Shown here piece after piece: positions 53,010-62,470 of a stretch of DNA of 64,000 nt. Source of the DNA: Fibrobacteria bacterium (GTDB lineage Bacteria; Fibrobacterota; Fibrobacteria; UBA5070); contig DATNIW010000073.1 of assembly GCA_035604215.1 (NCBI GenBank), forward strand, positions 348 through 64,347, written 5' to 3'. Below the pieces are notes generated by a model that searched no databases, was not told where the DNA came from, and worked only from the letters and a program-made list of their open reading frames with translations. The translations under genes were made by a program, and so were the position numbers. The first letter of the stretch is position 1; every line of letters starts with the position of its first letter.

Positions 53010-53573
53010 ATGGCAGAGCGCCCACAAATCCGCCGGGGAAGGACCCGGGTCCGCGGGTTCACCCTCCTGGAGATCCTCATCGTGCTGGTGCTGGTGGGCG
53101 TGGTGACCTCCCTGGCCGTCGGAGGGGTCGTCAAGATCCAAGCGAGGTCCCAGGCGCGGGCCGCCATCGAGGACATGTTCACCGCGATCCACCTCGCGCG
53201 AAGCGATGCCGTGGCGCGCCAGCGCAACTCGGGAGTGGCCATCGCGCTGGATACGACCAACAGGTTCGTGTCCGGCGGGGTGGCGGTGACCGGCCTGAAG
53301 TACCTGCGGTTCGTTGATTCGGATGCGGGGGTGCAGGGCGTCTACGATCCGACCGACACCGTCCTGCAAGGCTGGACGCGGATGCAGGGGCAGGTCTTCG
53401 CCTACTCCATCGCCTCCAGCGGACTGTCGGCGGGGACGGTGAGCCTGGTCTTCAACACGGACGGGTCCATCAACAACGATCTCCAGATGAAGCTGGGCAT
53501 CGCCAACTTCTCGGACACGTTCACCGTCGGACTGCTGCCCGCCACCGGGCTCGCGACCCTGGACCGGAACTGA
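53010..53573 (+). CDS. Prepilin-type minor pilin / pseudopilin (FimT/GspH-like)
   Basis: It has the N-terminal methylation motif 'RGFTLLEILIVLVLVGVV'. 187 aa. Confidence 0.72.
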   Translation: MAERPQIRRGRTRVRGFTLLEILIVLVLVGVVTSLAVGGVVKIQARSQARAAIEDMFTAIHLARSDAVARQRNSGVAIALDTTNRFVSGGVAVTGLKYLRFVDSDAGVQGVYDPTDTVLQGWTRMQGQVFAYSIASSGLSAGTVSLVFNTDGSINNDLQMKLGIANFSDTFTVGLLPATGLATLDRN

Positions 53574-53574
53574 C

Positions 53575-53964
53575 ATGCGCCGCCGGGGATTCAGCATGAT
53601 CGAGGTCATGATGGCGCTGGTCATCCTGGGGATCGTCATCTCCATCTTCTACCAGACCTCCAAGTACTCCACCAGGAACCAGGGGAAGACGCGCTCCTGG
53701 GAGGGCGAGGCCGAGGTCATGGAGACCACCGTGGAGGGCCTGCGCACCGGCTACAGCATGACCCAGCTCCAGAATCTGTCGTCTTCGTGGACGGATTCCT
53801 CCCAGGGCGGCAACAGGTACGCCGTGACCGTGGCGGGATCGGTGGCCCCCGATTCCGTCGCCACCACCTTTCCCGCGAGCATGCTCGCCCAGGTCGTGAT
53901 CACGGTCAAGAAGCTGGGCGACACGGACAGCCTGAAGGCCTCCACCATCCTGTGGGTGAACTGA
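53575..53964 (+). CDS. Prepilin-type minor pilin (PilV/GspI-like)
   Basis: It has 'RRGFSMIEVMMALVILGIV'. 129 aa. It starts 1 nt after the previous stop. Confidence 0.68.
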   Translation: MRRRGFSMIEVMMALVILGIVISIFYQTSKYSTRNQGKTRSWEGEAEVMETTVEGLRTGYSMTQLQNLSSSWTDSSQGGNRYAVTVAGSVAPDSVATTFPASMLAQVVITVKKLGDTDSLKASTILWVN

Positions 53965-53965
53965 C

Positions 53966-54913
53966 ATGCGCCGCGGGTTCACGCTGGTCGAGATCCTGAT
54001 CGCGCTCGTGATCATGGCGCTCGTGAGTTCGGGGGTCCTTGCCGTCTTCCAGTACCAGAACCGGGACGCGTCGACGAAACGCGACGTCGCCGAGATGAAC
54101 CTCATGGCCAAGGGCACGATGGAGGAGCTTTCGCGCAACATCCGGATGGCCGGAGGAGCGCTTCCCCCCGGGATCGGCGGGCTGAAGGTGTACGGCTCCG
54201 GAGCCGAGCGCGTCAAGGTGGCGCTGAACCGCAACGACGGCGTGGACACCATGGCCACCCCCTCCCAGTTCAACAACTCCTCCCAATCGCTTTCCTGCTG
54301 CGGCAGCTACCAGAAGTTCCTGGTCCTGCCCGTCAAGCATGTGGCCGGTGTCTTCACCGACAGCGGCTACGTGATCACCGACGTGCGCGTCCCCCCCGTG
54401 GGCGCCCCGAACGGGACCGCCCCCAGCAAGGACACCATGATCGTCCTGAAGATCCTGAAGCTGGTGGCATCGGGAAGCGCCGTCACCGTGAACGGCACGT
54501 CGATCAGTCCACCCTTCGTCATCGCCGACGGCACCTGGTTCGGTTCCAACTGGAATTGGGCGAATTCCGTCCAGACCAGCGTCAGCACGCTGGTGTACGC
54601 GATGGATTCGGTCCTCTATTGGATGTCGAACGACACGGTCTACCGGAAGATCGACCGCAACCTCCAGGGAGCCTACGCGGTGGGCGTCGATTCCCTGCAC
54701 CTCCAGTACCAGGATCCGACGGGGGTCTGGGCTGACAGTCTGACGGCCGCGGGTGCGGGAACGATCGTCATGGCCAAGATCAGGCTTCGGGTGCGCACGC
54801 GCCACGCGGACCCGGTCCTCCTGAGGACCAATCCGTCCAGCTTGGGCCTCCACTACCAGACGGTGCAGTCCGAAGTGAGCCTGCGCAACTCCTCCACGCT
54901 GGTGAACCAGTGA
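53966..54913 (+). CDS. Prepilin-type minor pilin (PilW/GspJ-like)
   Basis: It has 'RRGFTLVEILIALVIMALV'. 315 aa. It starts 1 nt after the previous stop. Confidence 0.68.
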   Translation: MRRGFTLVEILIALVIMALVSSGVLAVFQYQNRDASTKRDVAEMNLMAKGTMEELSRNIRMAGGALPPGIGGLKVYGSGAERVKVALNRNDGVDTMATPSQFNNSSQSLSCCGSYQKFLVLPVKHVAGVFTDSGYVITDVRVPPVGAPNGTAPSKDTMIVLKILKLVASGSAVTVNGTSISPPFVIADGTWFGSNWNWANSVQTSVSTLVYAMDSVLYWMSNDTVYRKIDRNLQGAYAVGVDSLHLQYQDPTGVWADSLTAAGAGTIVMAKIRLRVRTRHADPVLLRTNPSSLGLHYQTVQSEVSLRNSSTLVNQ

Positions 54914-56736
54914 GGTCCGCCATGAGATCCAAGATCGGTGCCGCCGCCCGTTCCGGCGTGGCGATGATGCTGGTGCTCGCGCTTTCCGTCGTGATCCTGG
55001 CGGTGGGGATGTCGATGATCGGGTTGACGGGGAACATCATGTCCTCCTCCGTGGACGCGAAGACCAAGATCAAGGCCCGCTACGCGGCGGAATCCTCCAT
55101 ATCCGCCTCCATCGCGAACGCGGTGTACCAGGCAGGGAACTACTTCGGGGGCAGCATCGCGGCCTCCACCCTGAACCTCTCGGAGGCCGGCGACAACGGG
55201 ACGGCCAACGTGAGTTCCGGAAACAACATGGGCCAGGAGGAGATCCTGGAAAAGAACAGCCCGATGGACGGCATGCGCGGAAACCAGATCCCGCTGCAGA
55301 TCAGCGCATCGGGAAAATCGGGCGGAGCCAAGGCGAAGATCGTGGCGGCCGTGGCCCTCTACCAGGTCCCCATCTACCAGTTCGGCGTCTTCTACGACGG
55401 ACCCCTGGAGATCACGCCGGGATCGAACATGACCGTGATGGGGCGCGTGCACACCAACAGCAGCGCCTACTTCCGCAGCGCGACCATCCTCGCCTTCCAG
55501 GGGCCCATCACCGCCGTGGGGAACATCTACCAATGGCAGAAGTCGAGCACGTCCGGCGTCCTGGACTACCAGCTCACCCCGGACACCGCGGCCCTGTTCG
55601 CTCCCTCGCTGACGCAGACCTTGATCGCGATGACTTCCGCATCCAACAGCCAGCCACCGAAGATCGGCGGGGTGAGCAACGCGCAGTTCCAGCAGTCGCC
55701 GCTGATCCTGCCCATCGGGGTCGGGACGGCGCACAGCATCCTGGGCATCCGCGACTCCGTCAACGATCCTCCGGCCCTGAAGCGGCAGAAATTCGATTGG
55801 CTGGTGGCCACCCGCAGTTCCGCCGCCGCCCGCTGGGTGGTCCTGAATTCGACCATCCCGGCCAAACCCGCCTGGATCACGGGCCCGCGCGTCTTCTACG
55901 ACCGGCGCGAGCAGAGGTGGGTCAAGGTGTGGGATTTCGACGTGTCCGTCCTGGCGGCTTCCGGGAACCTCGACAGCATCTTCTACCTGGACGACACGAC
56001 GACGACGAAGGTGAAGGCCGTTCCCGCGGACACCCACGCGGTCCTGAACGCCTTCCGGATCAAGAACGCGACGTGGCTGCCCCGGAACATGACCATCGCG
56101 AGCGGCAAGCCGGTGTACATCATGGGCGACTTCAACAAGCAGAACAGCACCGGCGACACCACCAAGTACGTGAACGCCCAGATCGCGGCGGATGCCGTGA
56201 CGGTGCTTTCCAGCCAGTGGATGGGCTGGGACACGGCCAAGCTCGGATCCAACGTCACCCACTCCAACAGTTCGCTGGAGCGTCCCTGGTCGGACGCGAA
56301 CTGGCTGGCCTGCACCGGGGGCTGCAGCGGCGCGGACTACGCCCGCACCCCGACCGGAGGCGCCCTCACCGCCAACATCCGCATCAACGCCGCGATCATC
56401 ACCGGGAACAAGCAGAGCTCCCCCAACTGCTTCCCTCCCATCAACACCTCCGACGCGGGCTTCGAGTCGTGCTACGAGGGCGGCTGGCACAACAGCCTCC
56501 GCTTCCTCGAGCAGTGGTCCGGCCACACCGTGACGTTCCTGGGAAGCTACGTGTGCATGTGGCAGGCGCAGACTTCCGAACTCGCGACCGGAACCACCGT
56601 CTACAGCACGTCGTACTACTCGGTGCCCAACCGGGTCTGGGGCTACGACACCCGGTTCAACGACCTGAGCAACATGCCGCCCGGCTCGCCGTTCCTGGCC
56701 ACCGCCATCCTGACCAACTGGCTGGAACGGAACTGA
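54910..56736 (+). CDS. PilX_N-like large pilus-associated protein
   Basis: GTGA overlap with the upstream gene (alternative ATG at 54922). It has 'ARSGVAMMLVLALSVVILAVG', a PilX N-terminal-type hydrophobic segment with no Gly-Phe cleavage motif. 608 aa and rich in N/S/T/G. Confidence 0.55.
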   Translation: MRSAMRSKIGAAARSGVAMMLVLALSVVILAVGMSMIGLTGNIMSSSVDAKTKIKARYAAESSISASIANAVYQAGNYFGGSIAASTLNLSEAGDNGTANVSSGNNMGQEEILEKNSPMDGMRGNQIPLQISASGKSGGAKAKIVAAVALYQVPIYQFGVFYDGPLEITPGSNMTVMGRVHTNSSAYFRSATILAFQGPITAVGNIYQWQKSSTSGVLDYQLTPDTAALFAPSLTQTLIAMTSASNSQPPKIGGVSNAQFQQSPLILPIGVGTAHSILGIRDSVNDPPALKRQKFDWLVATRSSAAARWVVLNSTIPAKPAWITGPRVFYDRREQRWVKVWDFDVSVLAASGNLDSIFYLDDTTTTKVKAVPADTHAVLNAFRIKNATWLPRNMTIASGKPVYIMGDFNKQNSTGDTTKYVNAQIAADAVTVLSSQWMGWDTAKLGSNVTHSNSSLERPWSDANWLACTGGCSGADYARTPTGGALTANIRINAAIITGNKQSSPNCFPPINTSDAGFESCYEGGWHNSLRFLEQWSGHTVTFLGSYVCMWQAQTSELATGTTVYSTSYYSVPNRVWGYDTRFNDLSNMPPGSPFLATAILTNWLERN

Positions 56737-56767
56737 TCCCGACCCATCGCGGAGGAAGGCGTGTCGC

Positions 56768-56798
56768 AACTTGCGGCACGCCTTTTTTCGTGGCTATG
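56768..56798 (+). terminator. Rho-independent terminator after the minor-pilin operon
   Basis: GGCGTGTCGCAA / TTGCGGCACGCC inverted repeat (one G-U pair) at 56768-56792, followed by TTTTTT (56793-56798). Confidence 0.8.
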
Positions 56799-56850
56799 GG
56801 GAAGGATTCTCCGTTGACGGATCGGGGTCGCGAATGGGACCCTGGAGGGG

Positions 56851-57696
56851 ATGTTCTCGATCATTGGCGTCCTCGTCGTATTCGCCGGCGTTTTCGGCGG
56901 CTTCATCCTGGCCGGCGGAAATCTGCTGACCCTGATCCAGCCTTCCGAATTCCTCGTGCTGGGCGGTGCGGCCATCGGAGGCATGCTGATCGCGACTCCG
57001 TCCTACGTGCTTTCCGCCCTCGGGAAGAAGGTCGGGAAGATCTTCGCCAACGGCTTCACCAGCCAGGACTTCATGGACATCCTCGTGATGCAGTACGAGC
57101 TGTACAACAAGGTGCGCAAGGAAGGGATCCTTTCCATCGAGCAGGACGTGTCCGTGCCGGACGGGAGTTCGGTGTTCAAGAAGTTCCCCAAGTTCCTGTC
57201 CAACCACGAGGCCGTGGACTTCTACTGCGACGCGCTCCGGCAGCTGGTCAACGGCATCGACGCCGGAGCCATCGACATCTCCATCGAAACCGACATGGAG
57301 ACGCACGAGAAGGAGATCAAGCAGGTTCCGCAGGTCCTGGCGCGCATCGCCGACGCCTTCCCCGGACTCGGCATCGTGGCCGCCGTGCTCGGCATCATCA
57401 TCACCATGGGCAAGCTCGACGGTCCTCCGGCCGAGCTGGGCCACCACATCGGCGCGGCGCTGGTGGGCACGATGCTCGGCGTGCTCTCCGCGTACGGCTT
57501 CGTCAATCCGATGGCGCAGAAGCTCGAGACCGTGAACATGGAGGAGGAGATGTACCTCTCCTGCCTGGCCAGCGGGTTCCGGGCGTTCAGCCAGGGCCTG
57601 GCGCCGATGGTCGCCATCGAAGTCGCGCGCAAGTCGCTGTTCCACCATTTCCGGCCCGATCTCGACGCGCTGAACGCCGCGGCCAAGAAGGGCTGA
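56851..57696 (+). CDS. motA: Flagellar-type stator protein MotA
   Basis: 281 aa. The N-terminal TM pair is 'IIGVLVVFAGVFGGFILAGG'. A large cytoplasmic loop follows. The C-terminal TM3/4 region 'FPGLGIVAAVLGIIITMG...GAALVGTMLGVLSAYGFVNP' is a MotA/TolQ/ExbB signature. Confidence 0.82.
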   Translation: MFSIIGVLVVFAGVFGGFILAGGNLLTLIQPSEFLVLGGAAIGGMLIATPSYVLSALGKKVGKIFANGFTSQDFMDILVMQYELYNKVRKEGILSIEQDVSVPDGSSVFKKFPKFLSNHEAVDFYCDALRQLVNGIDAGAIDISIETDMETHEKEIKQVPQVLARIADAFPGLGIVAAVLGIIITMGKLDGPPAELGHHIGAALVGTMLGVLSAYGFVNPMAQKLETVNMEEEMYLSCLASGFRAFSQGLAPMVAIEVARKSLFHHFRPDLDALNAAAKKG

Positions 57697-57697
57697 G

Positions 57698-58486
57698 ATG
57701 GCCGAGAAGGACGCCGAAAAGGGAGTCCAGCCCGTCAGGAGGAAGAAGAACCACGGGCATCCGCCCCACGGCGGTGCGTGGAAGGTCGCCTTCGCGGATT
57801 TCATGACCTCGATGTTCGCGCTGTTCCTGGTGCTGTGGATCATCTCCAGCACGTCCTCCAGCCAGAAGCAGGCCATCGCGCAGTATTTCCGCAGTCCCAC
57901 CATCTTCCGGGAGGGGTCGTCCTCTCCCATGGACCTGGGCGGAAGTTCCAGCAGTTCCCAGAAGGAATCGCAGGGCGACGCGGGTGGATCGAAGGACGTC
58001 GAGAGCGAGAAGATGGCGGCCCTGGATTCGGCGCTCAATTCGGACTCCCTGCTGGCGTCGCTGGGCAAGCAGTTCAAGACGAAGATGACCGACCAGGGCT
58101 TGGAGATCGAGATCTCCGACGCCCAGGGGCTCGGCACCTTCGAGCTGGGATCGGCCAAGCTGAATCCCCGCATGATCGATCCCCTCACACATCTTTCCCG
58201 GGCGCTCCGGGTGCTGCCCAACAAGATGGTGATCGGCGGCCACACCGACAGCTACGCCTATTCCGCTGGCGGGTATTCCAACTGGCAGCTCTCGGCCGAC
58301 CGAGCCAACACGGTGCGCGACCGGATCACCACCGACGGGATCGACGTCGGGCGGTTCAGCGCGGTGGTCGGCTACGGGAACACGGAACTCGCGAAACCCG
58401 ACGATCCGTACGCCCCCGAGAACCGTCGCGTGACCATCCTGGTGCTGAAGCAGGGAACGAAGTTCAAGCCGGGCCAGACGAACTAG
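57698..58486 (+). CDS. motB: Flagellar-type stator protein MotB (OmpA-like peptidoglycan-binding C-terminus)
   Basis: 'AWKVAFADFMTSMFALFLVLW' carries the conserved Asp in the TM. The OmpA-like region reads 'IGGHTDSYAY...NWQLSADRANTVRDRI...ENRRVTILV'. Confidence 0.85.
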   Translation: MAEKDAEKGVQPVRRKKNHGHPPHGGAWKVAFADFMTSMFALFLVLWIISSTSSSQKQAIAQYFRSPTIFREGSSSPMDLGGSSSSSQKESQGDAGGSKDVESEKMAALDSALNSDSLLASLGKQFKTKMTDQGLEIEISDAQGLGTFELGSAKLNPRMIDPLTHLSRALRVLPNKMVIGGHTDSYAYSAGGYSNWQLSADRANTVRDRITTDGIDVGRFSAVVGYGNTELAKPDDPYAPENRRVTILVLKQGTKFKPGQTN

Positions 58487-59445
58487 AAGGCGGATCTCGG
58501 GCACGCGACGCGACGGTTTCCGTCCACCGTCGCGAGTTCCGGGCGGACCGCCGCGCATTCCGGAACGGCCATCGGGCACCGCGGGTGGAAGGCGCACCCC
58601 GAGGGCGGCGACAACGGGGAGGGAAGCTCTCCCGAGGCGACGGAAACCGACCGCCGTCGCGCGCCGAGCGCCGGAACCGAGTCGATGAGGAGGCGCGTGT
58701 AGGGATGGAGCGGGGAACCGCACACCTCCTCCACCGGACCTTCCTCCACGATCCGTCCCAGGTACATCACGGCGAGCCGATCGCAGAAGTGGCGCACCAC
58801 GCCCATGTCGTGGGCGACGAAGAGGTACCCCATGCCGCGCTCGTCCCGGAGATCCTCGAGCAGGTTCAGCACCTGGGCCTGCACCGAGACGTCCAGGGCG
58901 GAGACCGGTTCGTCCAGGATGAGAAGTCGCGGCTCCACGGCCAGCGCGCGGGCGATTCCGATCCTCTGCCGCTGTCCGCCGGAGAACTCGTGGGGATGCC
59001 TGTCCAGGTGTTCGCCGGAGAGTCCCACGCGGCGGAAGATCTCCGCCACGCGCTCCCGCCGCCGGGGGGCCGGACAGATTCCATGCACTTCCAGTCCTTC
59101 CGACACGGCCTGGAACGCGGTGCGCCGCGGATCGAGAGACGACATCGGGTCCTGGAAGACCACCTGCATGTGGCGGCGGAAGCGCCGCAAGGCGGCGCCA
59201 TCCAGGGCGCGGACGTCCTGCCCTCCCAGGACCACCGATCCCGCGTCCGGTTCCACGAGCCGGAGGATCGCCCGGGCCGTGGTGCTCTTCCCGCATCCGG
59301 ATTCGCCCACGAGTCCCAGAGTTCTTCCCGCATCCACGTCCAGACTGGCTCCGTCCACGGCCGTGAGCCAGGAGCGCGAACGGGAGAACACGCCGGCGCG
59401 GACCGGAAACCGCACCGAGAGGTCGCGGACCTCCAGGAGGCTCAC
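58483..59445 (-). CDS. Oligopeptide/dipeptide ABC transporter ATP-binding protein (OppF/DppF-like)
   Basis: GTG start at 59445 (GTGA overlap). It has Walker A 'GESGCGKST', the signature 'FSGGQRQRIGIARAL', Walker B 'LLILDEPVSALD' and the C-terminal oligopeptide-ABC Cys motif region 'GCAFHPRCP'. Confidence 0.85.
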   Translation of the reverse strand: MSLLEVRDLSVRFPVRAGVFSRSRSWLTAVDGASLDVDAGRTLGLVGESGCGKSTTARAILRLVEPDAGSVVLGGQDVRALDGAALRRFRRHMQVVFQDPMSSLDPRRTAFQAVSEGLEVHGICPAPRRRERVAEIFRRVGLSGEHLDRHPHEFSGGQRQRIGIARALAVEPRLLILDEPVSALDVSVQAQVLNLLEDLRDERGMGYLFVAHDMGVVRHFCDRLAVMYLGRIVEEGPVEEVCGSPLHPYTRLLIDSVPALGARRRSVSVASGELPSPLSPPSGCAFHPRCPMAVPECAAVRPELATVDGNRRVACPRSAF

Positions 59446-60404
59446 GGAGCGCCCACCGGATGGAAGCAGGCGACCCCGCCCTCGGGTCCGGGGACGTCGG
59501 GGGCGCCATTGCGGCAGGTGTCGTCGGCATGGGGACATCGCGGGTGGAACCGGCAGCCGGAGGGCCAATCGCGAGGAGACGGAACCGCTCCGGGAATGGA
59601 CGGAAGCCGCCCGGTCCGTGGACGGAATCCGGGAACGGAGTCCAGGAGGCCGCGCGTGTAGGGGTGTCGGGGCGAAACGAGGATGCGCTCGGCCGGACCT
59701 TCCTCGGCGATCCTTCCCGCGTACATCACGGCGATGCGGTCGGCGACCCGTTCCACCACGCCCAGGTCGTGCGTGATGAAGATCATGGTCATGCCGAGTT
59801 CCCGCCGGAGCGAGGCGAGGAGCTCCAGGATCTGGGCCTGGATGGTCACGTCCAGGGCGGTGGTGGGTTCGTCGGCCACGAGGAGGTCCGGTCCTGGACA
59901 GAGGGCGAGGGCGATCATCACCCTCTGCCTCATGCCCCCCGACAGTTCGTGCGGGTAGCTGGCCAGGCGCGCCGCGGGATCCGGCAGTCCCACCCGGCGC
60001 AACCAGTCGACTGCGGCCGTCCGGGCGGCGATCCCGGAAAGGTCGTGGTGGGTCCGCAGGGTCTCGACCAGATGTTCGCCCACGGAAAGGAGCGGATTCA
60101 GGGAGGACATGGGGTCCTGGAAGACCATGGAGATCCTCCGTCCGCGCACGGATCGCCATCCCCGCTCGGACAGGGAGGTCAATTCCCGTTCCGAGAGGCG
60201 CGCCGAGCCGGTGGTGCGGGCTCCCGAGGGAAGAAGCCCGCAGAGCGCGGAGGCGGTGGCCGATTTTCCGCACCCGGATTCGCCGACCAGGCCCAGCACG
60301 GAGCCGCGTTCCAGAGACAGCGAGATCCCGTCCACGGCCTGGAGCGGACCTTCGGGGGTGGCGAAGGAGACCCCCAACCGGTCCACGGCCAGGAGGGCGC
60401 TCAC
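59442..60404 (-). CDS. Oligopeptide/dipeptide ABC transporter ATP-binding protein (OppD/DppD-like)
   Basis: GTG start at 60404 (GTGA overlap). It has '[10 protein letters not shown]', '[15 protein letters not shown]', '[12 protein letters not shown]' and 'GCRFHPRCP'. Confidence 0.85.
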   Translation of the reverse strand: MSALLAVDRLGVSFATPEGPLQAVDGISLSLERGSVLGLVGESGCGKSATASALCGLLPSGARTTGSARLSERELTSLSERGWRSVRGRRISMVFQDPMSSLNPLLSVGEHLVETLRTHHDLSGIAARTAAVDWLRRVGLPDPAARLASYPHELSGGMRQRVMIALALCPGPDLLVADEPTTALDVTIQAQILELLASLRRELGMTMIFITHDLGVVERVADRIAVMYAGRIAEEGPAERILVSPRHPYTRGLLDSVPGFRPRTGRLPSIPGAVPSPRDWPSGCRFHPRCPHADDTCRNGAPDVPGPEGGVACFHPVGAP

Positions 60405-61474
60405 GACAGGCTCCGGGGATCGAAGGCGTCCCGCAACGCGTCGCCCAGGAGGTTCCACGAGAGAACGGCGGCGAACAGGAACAGTCCGGGCAGGAGGGTC
60501 CAGGGGTGCAGGCGGATCTCGGCGATGGACATGGCTTCCTCCAGGAGGTTGCCCCAGCTGGTCTGCGGATCCTGGATGCCCAGTCCCAGGAGCGAGAGTC
60601 CGGATTCCGCCACGATGTACCCGGGAATGGAGAGGGTCGCCTGCACCGAGAGGAACCCGAAGGTCTGGGGGAGGGCGTGCCTCCACAGGATGCGCCATGG
60701 GGAAAGCCCCAGGGCGCGGGAAGCGGCGAGGAAATCGGACTGGCGCAGGGACTGGATCATGCCCCGGAGGATGCGCGCGAGCCCGGCCCAGCCCAGGAAC
60801 GAGAGGATGAGGATGATGTAGAAGTACACGACCCGAGAGTCCCAGTCCAGCGGAAGGGCCGCCCGCAGGAGCATGAGCAGGTAGAAGGCCGGCACCAGCA
60901 TGACCACCTCGCACAGCCGCATCAGGGCTCCGTCCACCCATCCGCCCGCGAACCCGGCGATGCCGCCCACCACCAGGGCGATCAGGGTGGAGATGGCCAC
61001 CCCCACCACCCCGATGGTCAGGGAGACGCGGGAGCCGTAGAGGATCCGCGACAGCAGGTCGCGGCCTCGCGCGTCGGCGCCCAGCAGGTAGAGCCTTCCC
61101 GCGGGCGAGGGATCCGAAACCCGACGTCCCGGCGTGGCGATGGCCTCGCCCAACCCCACCAGATGTCCATCGCGGAACAGCCGAAGCGGGAACCGGCAGG
61201 TGGAATCCTCCGTCCACACGCGACGGGCGTCGTCGTCGAAGGTGTACGAGACCGCGCGCACGAACGGGAGGTGCCAGGATCCGTCCGCTTCGCGCAGGTG
61301 GATTTCGGAGGGGGGCGCCCAAGAGCAGGCGCGGGCGTCGTCGTCTCCCGCGTAGGGGGCGAGCCACGGGGCGAAGATCGCCGCGAGGTACAGGGCCGCG
61401 AGCACCCAGAAGGAGATGCGGGCGGGGGTGTTCGAGGACAGCACCGATCGGAAACGCAGGACGGCGCGGTTCAC
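60401..61474 (-). CDS. ABC peptide transporter permease (OppC/DppC-like)
   Basis: GTG start at 61474 (GTGA overlap). It has the BPD-transporter EAA-like loop 'FLAASRALGLSPWRILWRHALPQ' and multiple TM helices. Confidence 0.8.
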   Translation of the reverse strand: MNRAVLRFRSVLSSNTPARISFWVLAALYLAAIFAPWLAPYAGDDDARACSWAPPSEIHLREADGSWHLPFVRAVSYTFDDDARRVWTEDSTCRFPLRLFRDGHLVGLGEAIATPGRRVSDPSPAGRLYLLGADARGRDLLSRILYGSRVSLTIGVVGVAISTLIALVVGGIAGFAGGWVDGALMRLCEVVMLVPAFYLLMLLRAALPLDWDSRVVYFYIILILSFLGWAGLARILRGMIQSLRQSDFLAASRALGLSPWRILWRHALPQTFGFLSVQATLSIPGYIVAESGLSLLGLGIQDPQTSWGNLLEEAMSIAEIRLHPWTLLPGLFLFAAVLSWNLLGDALRDAFDPRSLS

Positions 61475-62454
61475 GAAAGCTTCACCCGGGGATCGTTCCA
61501 GGCGTGCAGGATGTCGGAAATCAGGTTGCCAGCCAGGAGCAGGAAGGAACCCATGAGCACCGTGGCCATGACCAGGAAGAGATCCTTGGCGCGCACGGCC
61601 TCGAGGGCGACCAGCCCCAGGCCAGGCCAACTGGTGATGATCTCGGTGAAGGCCGCGCCGGAAAGCAGGGCCGAGAACTCGAAGCCCAGCAGGGTGATGA
61701 GCGGATTGGCGGCGTTGCGGAAGGCGTGGCGCCAGAGCACGGAGCCCTGGGACAATCCGCGGGCGCGGGCCGCGAGCACGAAGGGCTGGCGCAGCGTCTC
61801 CAGCATGGAGCCCCTGGTCACGCGCTGGAGTCCCGCCACCCCGCCCACGGCCAGCACGAGTCCGGGGATCAGCAGATGCCTCAGGACGTCCCCGACCCTG
61901 GCCGCGAGCGACAGTTGGTCGAATTCCGGCGAAACCAGGCCGCCGATGGGGAACCTGCCGAAACCGGGGATGGGCGGCGCCACGGAAGCCGCGAAGAGGA
62001 GCAGCAGCGCCAGGAAGAAACTGGGCAGGCTCATCCCGACGAAAGCCGTCAACGAGACCAGCCGGTCGGGCCACCGTCCCCGCCGCAGCGCGGCCCACAC
62101 CCCCAGGGGCACGGCCAGCAGCCAGGAAAGCAGGCTGGAGAACACCGCCAGGAGCAGGGTCGCGCCCACGCGTTCGCGGATCACGTCGGCCACGGGCCGC
62201 TTGTACTTGAAGGAATAGCCCAGGTCGCCTCGCACCGTGCGCGAAAGCCAGAGCAGATACTGTTCGGGAACGGGCTTGTCGAATCCGTACTCTGTCTCGA
62301 TGCGGTGGATGAGGGCGTCGGGCACCTGGGGGTTCCCGCGCTGCGCGGACAGGGGATCGCCGGGGGAGAGCTGCAGGAGCAGGAAGGAGAGGACCGAAAC
62401 CCCCAGGAGCATGGGGACCATGGCCAGGACGCGTCGCAGGACGAAGAGCTTCAA
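61471..62454 (-). CDS. ABC peptide transporter permease (OppB/DppB-like)
   Basis: It has 'MKLFVLRRVLAMVPMLLGVSVLSFLLLQLSPGDP', 'GDLGYSF' and 'FVLAARARGLSQGSVLWRHAFRNA'. Confidence 0.85.
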   Translation of the reverse strand: MKLFVLRRVLAMVPMLLGVSVLSFLLLQLSPGDPLSAQRGNPQVPDALIHRIETEYGFDKPVPEQYLLWLSRTVRGDLGYSFKYKRPVADVIRERVGATLLLAVFSSLLSWLLAVPLGVWAALRRGRWPDRLVSLTAFVGMSLPSFFLALLLLFAASVAPPIPGFGRFPIGGLVSPEFDQLSLAARVGDVLRHLLIPGLVLAVGGVAGLQRVTRGSMLETLRQPFVLAARARGLSQGSVLWRHAFRNAANPLITLLGFEFSALLSGAAFTEIITSWPGLGLVALEAVRAKDLFLVMATVLMGSFLLLAGNLISDILHAWNDPRVKLS

Positions 62455-62470
62455 CGGAGCGGACCCGACG

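Noticed and set aside
56851-58486. MotA/MotB as the T9SS or gliding motor.
   Set aside because: As far as is known, the T9SS is energised by GldL/GldM (PorL/PorM), not by MotAB. These proteins have classical flagellar-stator features: a large MotA cytoplasmic loop and a MotB OmpA-like C-terminus. Their proximity to sprA or the pilin genes is not evidence of a functional link.
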